Shown here piece after piece: positions 37,045-44,629 of a stretch of DNA of 64,000 bases. Where the stretch lies: contig JBGAJA010000003.1 in NCBI GenBank assembly GCA_044225175.1, positions 197,428 through 261,427 of the forward strand, given 5' to 3'. How positions within the stretch are numbered: position 1 is the first letter of the stretch; every line of letters begins with the position of its first letter. The position numbers and the translations under genes are program-made. This DNA comes from Candidatus Omnitrophota bacterium. Its GTDB lineage: Bacteria; Omnitrophota; Gorgyraeia; Zapsychrales; Fredricksoniimonadaceae. The notes below the pieces were generated by a model. The model ran no database searches and was not told where the DNA came from. It worked only from the letters and a program-made list of their open reading frames with translations.

Positions 37045-37065
37045 GTTTTTAAGGAAGTCCAATTT

Positions 37066-40000
37066 ATGTTCAAAAGATTGATCTCTATTTTACTTATTCT
37101 GACCTTTTGCAATGAAACCTTTATGGTTTCTCCTGCAATAGCTTTAGAAGGTAATATACAGCTGCCTGTTGCAGGATCTATGGTCAATTTAAGTCCTGCC
37201 TTTGAACCGGTCCTTATTAAAGGGTTAACCATTCATAAAGAAAATCCATTTCTGTTTGATTTTATCGTGGATACTGGAAATTCAGGATTATCGTTAGAGA
37301 CGCAGCATGCTGCGTCTCTACGTAAGGAATCTGAGAGATTAATCAAATACTTCTTCGCTTGTTTGACCATTCCAGAAAATGACCTATGGGTCAACCTTTC
37401 GCCATACGAGAAACAGCGTATGGTTCCAGAAGCCCTGGGACAAACCGCCCTGGGTCGAGATCTTTTAGCTCAAGACTATATCCTTAAACAGCTCACTGCA
37501 TCCTTGATCTATCCTGAGCGTGAGCTGGGAAAAGAGTTTTGGAATCGAGTCTACGCTAAAGCCCAAGCAATGTATGGGCCAAACGTTCAAATACCAGTCA
37601 ATACATTTAATAAGGTATGGATCCTGGCAGACAAGGCCAGTGTGCACGAACGAGGCCAGAGCGTGTTTGTGGTCGATGGGCATCTCAAAGTAATGTTGGA
37701 AGAAGATTATCTAGCCGTAGACAAGAGCCTACAGCCAACCAGGGGATATGTTCAGAACAAAATTAACAGGAACGTGTCCCCAAGCACATTGCCAAGCGAC
37801 GTAGTATTGAATACGAAAGCACCCCAGGGAAACCCCGTTAACGCCATCGGAAGCCAAATCATCCGAGACATCATCCTCCCTGAAATCGAAAAAGAAGTCA
37901 ACGAGGGCAAGAATTTTGCAACCTTACGTCAGATTTTTAATTCTCTGATTCTAGCAACCTGGTATAAGAACAATCTCAAAGACTCGATTCTTAATCAGCT
38001 TTATTCTGATAAGAACATCGTCAAAGGTATCAACCTTTCTGATTCTTCAATCAAAGAGAAAATTTATCAGCAATATCTTCAGGCTTATAAGAAGGGAGTA
38101 TTTAACTATATTAAGGACGATCCACAGGCCAGTGGTCAAAATATTCCCAGAAAGTATTTCTCTGGCGGTTTTGGGGCAAAGAAAGGTTTTTTAAGTAAAA
38201 TTAGTTCTGCTAAGGCCCACCATCCTACGGGTCGTGATTATGTTATGAAAGTTGGATTGGATGTGCAAGGCTCCGCAAATTTGTTCGATCAGGCACAGAT
38301 AGCAAGGGCACTCCACTCTTTAAGGGTTTTTCTTATGGGTTCTATTGTAGCGTCAGGAGCAATATCAAATCTAGCAACGGGTTACCAGCAGCCAGTTATT
38401 CAAGAAACATCAGAAAATCTCTCTGATCATCCATTAAAGACACCAAACGGTAATATTCATATTTTCCCATCTCTTCATGCAAGTAATAAAAGTAGAGAAA
38501 AGCTTGAAAAGGCTTTAAAGACTTTTGATGAATTTTATAAACAACAAAATAAAGATAGGAAGCAATTCACAGAAGCAGCAAAAGTAGCAATAGGGGCTAT
38601 AGATCAATTCTTAAATGATAATAGTTACGTCCTAGAAGATCAGAAAAAGCAAGTACCGGATTTGATAGGAAAGATTACAAACAACCACATCAAATATCTT
38701 TCACCTGAGGGTGTCCCCGTAGAAATGGATGGGGTAACAATGCAAGAGATGATTATGAAGGCGAATAATGAATATACAAAACTTGAAGAACAATTAGAAC
38801 CTCTAAAGAATTTAGGTTGGAAAGGAAGTGTCTTGAATGTTTATAGCTTATCAAGAGGGACAATTGCTTTTTTATGCAGAACTTACGGTGATTTTTTAAT
38901 TCAGCAGGAAGTAGAGATCTTTCCGGTAGACTTACTGATGTGGGGAAATATGGGAGAGAAGATGGAAGTTGAATTTATGATGTATGGTTTCACAGAGGAA
39001 GAAGCTCAGAATGAATCTTTACAATTGAAAGGAGATGCCAGAAATAGGTTTACTGCTTTTAGAGTTAATAATGGATCTCAATGGAACAGAATAACGCATA
39101 AAAACGTGAGCTTCGAGCCACCCCTAGGTAACAAGGATATTATCATTGGAAATGGACATACAGTTACGCAGTTAGAAGAAAATTCTCCTAAAGTTAAAAC
39201 TACACTTCAAGGAGAAATTAAAAGACAACAGTTAAGGCCAAATAGTGAGATTGATTCAACTATAGAGCTTGATAGGGATGTTCTTATGCTTCAATTGAAT
39301 GCAGATCCTGTATTTAAGTATCTTTACGGAGAAGTAACAAAAGAAGATTTAACGAATTGGAGCAGGAATGGCACAGTGTATCAGCCGCTAATAGAGATTA
39401 TTAAAGAAGACACCTTAGGTCCAATGACTAAACTGTCGAAACTGTCAAAAGACCCTAAAACTATCGCAGATCCGTCAAATTTGAAATTTATCTTCTTTAA
39501 CAGTCCCAAAAACAATGAATTTGGAATTAAGAAGGGAAACCTTTTTGTTTATAGGGTAGGCTCGCGCGTCTATGTTTTAGTACCTTTAGATGCTTTTCAA
39601 GAGAACGTAAATGATGCGCACAAAATGACGTTTTTACTTAAATGCGCTTTATTAGCATTAGTAGATCAAGACAAGGGATTAACGTTGTTGGAGCAAGAGA
39701 TCAAGGCTATGAGGATGTTTAGAGACATGCTTTTAAAATATGATCCAAACTCAAGCCGCCGTACGATAGAAGTATATCAAGAGTTAGCGGCAAGGTTTCA
39801 ATCATTAGATAATAATATAAAAAGTATTGAAGAGTATATTGATTGGAGCTTTACGAAGGTTGATGTTTCAAAATTGAGATATTATGAATCTAAACGTGAT
39901 GAAGAGGATCCTAAGATTATAGTTGTACAGTTGTTTGATCCACAAACAGTTAATCAAGATGGAAAAGCAACCTTCATTAATGTCAAGATAGTTGAAGGTG

Positions 40001-40290
40001 AAGCTCCAGTAGTTAAAGAGGAATTAGGTCAGATTTCAAATCCAGCTATGATTAGTGAAGATAGAGAAGAAATGTCGCAATTATTAAGAGTGACGGAAAC
40101 ATCGCCAGGGGGTATCGATTTAAATACCACTGATATGGGTATGGCAGTGACAAAAGATGGCTCTGGTGTTGATATGTCTGCCTTCGGCGGAAATCCAGCC
40201 ATGTTAGAACGTATCAAGGCCCAAGGGATCTTTTCAGCAGAACCAATCATTATTGAAATTACCCCTGTAACCGCTTTAATGTACGAATAG
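37066..40290 (+). CDS. Large secreted protein, paralog B (1074 aa from MFKRL). Central region is homologous to paralog C but not to A or D
   Basis: Signal peptide; N-module and C-module shared with A, C and D. The ORF tracker's 36976 start runs back into the pseudogene remnant. Confidence 0.8.
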   Translation: MFKRLISILLILTFCNETFMVSPAIALEGNIQLPVAGSMVNLSPAFEPVLIKGLTIHKENPFLFDFIVDTGNSGLSLETQHAASLRKESERLIKYFFACLTIPENDLWVNLSPYEKQRMVPEALGQTALGRDLLAQDYILKQLTASLIYPERELGKEFWNRVYAKAQAMYGPNVQIPVNTFNKVWILADKASVHERGQSVFVVDGHLKVMLEEDYLAVDKSLQPTRGYVQNKINRNVSPSTLPSDVVLNTKAPQGNPVNAIGSQIIRDIILPEIEKEVNEGKNFATLRQIFNSLILATWYKNNLKDSILNQLYSDKNIVKGINLSDSSIKEKIYQQYLQAYKKGVFNYIKDDPQASGQNIPRKYFSGGFGAKKGFLSKISSAKAHHPTGRDYVMKVGLDVQGSANLFDQAQIARALHSLRVFLMGSIVASGAISNLATGYQQPVIQETSENLSDHPLKTPNGNIHIFPSLHASNKSREKLEKALKTFDEFYKQQNKDRKQFTEAAKVAIGAIDQFLNDNSYVLEDQKKQVPDLIGKITNNHIKYLSPEGVPVEMDGVTMQEMIMKANNEYTKLEEQLEPLKNLGWKGSVLNVYSLSRGTIAFLCRTYGDFLIQQEVEIFPVDLLMWGNMGEKMEVEFMMYGFTEEEAQNESLQLKGDARNRFTAFRVNNGSQWNRITHKNVSFEPPLGNKDIIIGNGHTVTQLEENSPKVKTTLQGEIKRQQLRPNSEIDSTIELDRDVLMLQLNADPVFKYLYGEVTKEDLTNWSRNGTVYQPLIEIIKEDTLGPMTKLSKLSKDPKTIADPSNLKFIFFNSPKNNEFGIKKGNLFVYRVGSRVYVLVPLDAFQENVNDAHKMTFLLKCALLALVDQDKGLTLLEQEIKAMRMFRDMLLKYDPNSSRRTIEVYQELAARFQSLDNNIKSIEEYIDWSFTKVDVSKLRYYESKRDEEDPKIIVVQLFDPQTVNQDGKATFINVKIVEGEAPVVKEELGQISNPAMISEDREEMSQLLRVTETSPGGIDLNTTDMGMAVTKDGSGVDMSAFGGNPAMLERIKAQGIFSAEPIIIEITPVTALMYE

Positions 40291-40426
40291 CCGCCTAATA
40301 TCTTATTTAAGAAGGATTTTGGGCTCTTTTTAAAAAAGATTCGAATGACCTCTAATTGTCTTTTTCAACTTTTTGGTATATACTTTTTATGACTTGAGAT
40401 TTTTGTCTTTTAATTAATCATTACTA

Positions 40427-40729
40427 ATGGGAGGGATAAACTTGAAAAAAACAATACTAATGCTGGCTTTAACACTAAGTTTCACAGTACTAACTACATC
40501 ATTAAGCGTGGCCCTTCCGCCTCCAAAATGTCCTCCAGGATCTCATTTGGAACTTGTTGATGGTACACCTGTGTGTGTTCCTGATGGCGATGGTCAACCA
40601 CCCCCAACAGAATCACCAGATGAGGAGGGATTAGATGAGATGATCCCAGCTGATTATAATCAAAAGAGTTTCTTGGGGAAGTGTTGGGTTATTACTAAAG
40701 CTTTTATAAAAAGTTGCTTTGATAATTAA
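40427..40729 (+). CDS. Small secreted Cys-containing acidic/Pro-rich protein, cassette copy 2 (start may be the TTG at 40442, preceded by GGGAGGG)
   Basis: LPPPKCPPGSHLELVDGTPVCVPDGDGQPPPTESPDEEG, then a C-terminus with two Cys and Trp. Confidence 0.7.
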   Translation: MGGINLKKTILMLALTLSFTVLTTSLSVALPPPKCPPGSHLELVDGTPVCVPDGDGQPPPTESPDEEGLDEMIPADYNQKSFLGKCWVITKAFIKSCFDN

Positions 40730-40762
40730 TGACTCGAAAAACATCTTAATAGGAGAATGTTT

Positions 40763-40796
40763 TAAGACCCTCTGTGATTACAGAGGGTCTTTTTTT
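40763..40796 (+). terminator. Rho-independent terminator after small gene 2
   Basis: 11 bp stem aagaccctctg / cagagggtctt, 6 nt loop, T8 run. Confidence 0.75.
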
Positions 40797-40892
40797 TGAA
40801 TTTGCAATGATGACATAGGCATGCTATCTTTTAGCAGGCCTCAATCGTACCCATAGCATCTCTTTTTAAAGCAATTGAATATTGGGACAATT

Positions 40893-43800
40893 ATGTTTAA
40901 ACAGTTGATTGCTTTTCTAATCATTTTGACCTTCAGTACTTCCTCAATTTATGTGCCTCAGGCGCAAGCCATAGAGAAGCCATATCTTTTGTCTTTGCCT
41001 GTTCCAGGCACAATGGTCAATTCAAGCCCATCCTATGAACCTGCATTAATCAAGGGGTTGACCATTCATAAAGACAACCCATTTTTGTTTGATTTTATTG
41101 TGGATACGGGTAATTCTGGATTATCGTTAGAGACGACCGGCCGCTCGTCTCTACGCGAAGAATCTGACCGTTTAATTAAATATTTTTTCACCTGCCTGAC
41201 AGTTCCAGAAACAGACCTCTGGGTCAATTTGTCACCTTATGAGAAAGACCGTATTGTTCCTGAAGCATTGGGAGAAACGGCCTTAGGACGAGATTTGCTT
41301 GCCCAAGACTATATCCTTAAACAACTGACTGCATCGCTAATTTATCCCGAGAAAGACTTAGGCAAGGAGTTCTGGAGCCGTGTTTATGCCAAAGCACAAG
41401 CCATGTATGGCTCTAATGTTCAGATTCCAGTTAATACCTTTAATAAGGTATGGATCCTGGCAGACAAAGCAAGTGTTTATGAAAATGGCCAGAGCGTGTT
41501 TGTGGTTGACGGACATTTGAAAATTATGTTAGAAGAAGATTATTTGGCCCTTCAGAAGAACCACATTTCCTCTCCCCACAAGGGGAAGGAAACCAGTTCT
41601 ATCGGATCCCAAATCATCCGCGACATCGTCCTTCCTGAAATAGAAAAAGAAGTCAACCATGGCAAGAATTTCGCAACTCTACGACAAATTTTCAACTCTC
41701 TCATTCTAGCTAGCTGGTATAAGAAAAATCTCAAAGACTCTATTCTTAATCAGCTCTATTCTGATAAAAATACGGTTAAAGGCATTAATCTTTCAGATAT
41801 CTCAGTGAAAGACCAGATTTATCATCAATATCTTAAAGCTTATAAGAAGGGAGTATTTAACTATATTAAGGAAGACCCTTCGACTGACTCTCAGGGCAAG
41901 TCCCAAGCAATTTCCAGGAAATACTTCTCTGGTGGTTTTGGAGTAAGGAAAGATTTCTTAAGCAAGGCAAGTCCTGCTATGGCGGCCCAAAAACTCGGCC
42001 GTACAACAGGTCAAGATTATGCTATGAAGGTAAGGTTGAATGTAGAAGCCCCATCTAACTTATCAGATCAAGCACAAATAGCTGCTGCAATAAGATATCT
42101 CAGAGCATTTTTGATTGGATCGATATTATCCTCAGGATTTATTGAAAATAATGTGAATAGCTATCAACAGCCAGAAACTCTAGAAGCTACTTTCAAAGAA
42201 GCACAAAATGTTCCTGAATCCTCAGTTCAAACACCTAAAGGAGAAATTACTTTTTTCCCGGCTGATCATGTAAGTATGGATAGTATCGAAGAATTGGAAA
42301 AGGCTTTGAATTCTTTCGATAAGAATGAGGCTAATAAAGCCATTGATAAGTTCTCTACACAGAACAGAGCAATATTAGAGGGGCAGAGAAGTCAAGTCGA
42401 AGATATGATCGATAAGATTAAAAGAAATCATATCAAATACCTTTCACCAGAGGGAGTATCCGCAGATATGGAAGGGATGTCAATGCAAGAGGTGATCGCA
42501 CTGGCTCGCGAGCAATACACTACACTGGAAGCCCAATTAGAAAAATTAGGTCGTAAAGAAAGCGCTGAGGATCTTTATTTAGGAATAACTGGTCCTACTT
42601 CCTTTTTATGTTTGATGCATGGGGATGTCTTAATACAGCAGGGTGTTGAACTCTTTCCTATTGATTTGCCGATTTGGGGCAATATGGCGAGAGATATCAA
42701 AATAAAGCTTGAGAAACAGGGGATAACAGGAAAAGAAGCATGGGAAACAGCTTTTTCTCTTATGTTAACAAGTAGAAATAAGTTTATGGCGTACAGATTT
42801 TTCCAGGGACCACAAGGCAAAAAAGGTAGCTCTATGGGACCCTTTCACACAGGTGAGAAACCTGAAGGAGAGAATCCTCCTAGAATTGATTCGACCTTAC
42901 CGGGTGAAATTGAAAAACTAATTGAAAAATCAAAATCAAGCCCCGCCATTGAAATTGATCCGAAGGTTGAATCAGATCGTAAAGAACTTATTGCGCGTTT
43001 GAATGCTGACCCTGTATTTAATTTGCTTTATGGGGATGTAAACACAGAAAATATCAAATCATGGAGTAAGAATGGATTGCAGTATCAGCCTTTGATAGAC
43101 ATCGTGACTAAGTACACCTTGGATCCAATGAGTAAGGCATTCCAAATTTCTATCGCAGATCCTTCTAATTTAAGATTTGTATTCTTTGAAAGTCCTAAAA
43201 ATAATGAATTTGCAATGAAGAGAGGGCATCTTTTTACTTATAAAGTCGGCTCTCGCACGTACATCTTAATACCTTTAGATACTTTTCAAAAAGCCAGGGC
43301 AGCAGAAGCAGTAGCTTTCTTACTTAAAAGTGCCTTGGTAGCTTTAATGGATCAAGACAAGACAGTACCAGCAATGAAAAGAGACATAGATATTCTTACC
43401 TATTTTAGAGGAATCCTATCGAATTATGATAACAATCCTTCTTTTAAGGAGAGAAATTTAGAAACAAAAACAAGGTTTGAACTTATACAGAGTAATATAA
43501 GTGGTGTTGAACAGGCTATTCATAAGGATTTGCCGCAAGTTGATGTTGCAAAATTGCGATATTATGATTCTAAGCGTGATAAAAAGGACCCTACGGTTAT
43601 ATTTGCTCAATTCTTCGATCCACAAACTGTCACCAGGGATGGAAAAGTTCCCTTTATTAAAGTAAATATAATTGATAAGCCTGGATCAACAGTTACAGTC
43701 AAGCAAGAACCTGGTCAAATTAGCAATCCAGCGATGATTGGTGAAGAAGATATACAATCGAAAGTAACGCCAGGGGGTATTGATTTGAATACTACTGACA

Positions 43801-43976
43801 TGAGTATGGCCGTGACCAAGGATGCTGGAGGAGTCAAGATGAATCTGCCAGCCAGAGGCTGGTCCGCCTCCGGCGGAGATTCAGCCATGCTTGAGCGTAT
43901 CAAAGTTCAGGGGGTATTTTCGGCCACTCCTGTAATTATTGAAATTACACCTGTGAGTTCTTTAAGGTACAAATAA
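40893..43976 (+). CDS. Large secreted protein, paralog C (1027 aa from MFKQL)
   Basis: N-module ~85% identical to A. Central region shares blocks with B (NHIKYLSPEGV, LNADPVF, ADPSNLRFVFFESPKNNEF, VDVAKLRYYDSKRD). C-module conserved. Confidence 0.8.
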   Translation: MFKQLIAFLIILTFSTSSIYVPQAQAIEKPYLLSLPVPGTMVNSSPSYEPALIKGLTIHKDNPFLFDFIVDTGNSGLSLETTGRSSLREESDRLIKYFFTCLTVPETDLWVNLSPYEKDRIVPEALGETALGRDLLAQDYILKQLTASLIYPEKDLGKEFWSRVYAKAQAMYGSNVQIPVNTFNKVWILADKASVYENGQSVFVVDGHLKIMLEEDYLALQKNHISSPHKGKETSSIGSQIIRDIVLPEIEKEVNHGKNFATLRQIFNSLILASWYKKNLKDSILNQLYSDKNTVKGINLSDISVKDQIYHQYLKAYKKGVFNYIKEDPSTDSQGKSQAISRKYFSGGFGVRKDFLSKASPAMAAQKLGRTTGQDYAMKVRLNVEAPSNLSDQAQIAAAIRYLRAFLIGSILSSGFIENNVNSYQQPETLEATFKEAQNVPESSVQTPKGEITFFPADHVSMDSIEELEKALNSFDKNEANKAIDKFSTQNRAILEGQRSQVEDMIDKIKRNHIKYLSPEGVSADMEGMSMQEVIALAREQYTTLEAQLEKLGRKESAEDLYLGITGPTSFLCLMHGDVLIQQGVELFPIDLPIWGNMARDIKIKLEKQGITGKEAWETAFSLMLTSRNKFMAYRFFQGPQGKKGSSMGPFHTGEKPEGENPPRIDSTLPGEIEKLIEKSKSSPAIEIDPKVESDRKELIARLNADPVFNLLYGDVNTENIKSWSKNGLQYQPLIDIVTKYTLDPMSKAFQISIADPSNLRFVFFESPKNNEFAMKRGHLFTYKVGSRTYILIPLDTFQKARAAEAVAFLLKSALVALMDQDKTVPAMKRDIDILTYFRGILSNYDNNPSFKERNLETKTRFELIQSNISGVEQAIHKDLPQVDVAKLRYYDSKRDKKDPTVIFAQFFDPQTVTRDGKVPFIKVNIIDKPGSTVTVKQEPGQISNPAMIGEEDIQSKVTPGGIDLNTTDMSMAVTKDAGGVKMNLPARGWSASGGDSAMLERIKVQGVFSATPVIIEITPVSSLRYK

Positions 43977-44200
43977 TGCTAAACCTCGATATTTCAAGGT
44001 GTTTTTACTCTTTTTAAAAAAAATTGGCATTCTCTAAATTTATAGTTTATACTTTTTGAAGTTTCACAGTAGTGCCCCTATTTTTCCCGTTTTGTTACAT
44101 CTTGATTTTTTTTGGTTCTTAAAGGAAGCGCTTACTCCAATAAAGAATGAATAAATCAAGAATTATTAAAGAAGTAACCCATCAATCAGAGGAGGGAAGT

Positions 44201-44500
44201 ATGTTGAAAAGAATGCTAGTAGTGTTGGTTTTAGCAGTAAGCTTCACATTTCTAACTACATTGCCTAGTTTTGCCCAACCGAGTAAGGGTTGTACTGCAG
44301 GTACTCATATGGAATTAATCGATGGTTATCCTGTGTGTGTTCCCGATAGTGATAATAATAATCCACCACCTCCACCAACACCTCCTCCTACACAAAATGA
44401 ACCACCAAGTGAATTAGATAAGCAGATTCTTAACTGCGGTTTGTTTGTCTGGGATTGTTATAAAAAGTGGGAAACATGGAAGTCCATTTTAGATGATTAA
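44201..44500 (+). CDS. Small secreted Cys-containing Pro-rich protein, cassette copy 3 (start revised to MLKRM after GGAGG)
   Basis: AQPSKGCTAGTHMELIDGYPVCVPDSDNNNPPPPPTPPP, then a Cys/Trp-rich C-terminus. Confidence 0.7.
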   Translation: MLKRMLVVLVLAVSFTFLTTLPSFAQPSKGCTAGTHMELIDGYPVCVPDSDNNNPPPPPTPPPTQNEPPSELDKQILNCGLFVWDCYKKWETWKSILDD

Positions 44501-44519
44501 AATTTGGTGTTATCTTAAG

Positions 44520-44549
44520 AACCCTGTACCATACGGTACAGGGTTTTTT
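44520..44549 (+). terminator. Rho-independent terminator after small gene 3
   Basis: 11 bp stem aaccctgtacc / ggtacagggtt, 4 nt loop, T6 run. Confidence 0.75.
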
Positions 44550-44629
44550 ATTGCTTAATTTTCACCTTCCTTGGATTTGCTTTTCCACTATTCAGTCGAG
44601 TATACTTTTATCAGATCCTATTAATATGT

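Noticed and set aside
36976-37065. Upstream extension of paralog B proposed by the ORF track (MFRLDAQRMVKPYECLNIQGIISVFKEVQF)
   Set aside because: The extension is read out of the degenerate small-gene remnant in a different frame. The conserved signal peptide begins at MFKRL (37066), which aligns with the starts of A, C and D.
40875-40892. TTG-initiated N-terminal extensions of paralog C (MNIGTI) and of the second and third pilin genes (18653, 19166)
   Set aside because: Downstream ATGs with good RBS spacing give N-termini that align with their paralogs. The extensions overlap upstream genes or terminators.
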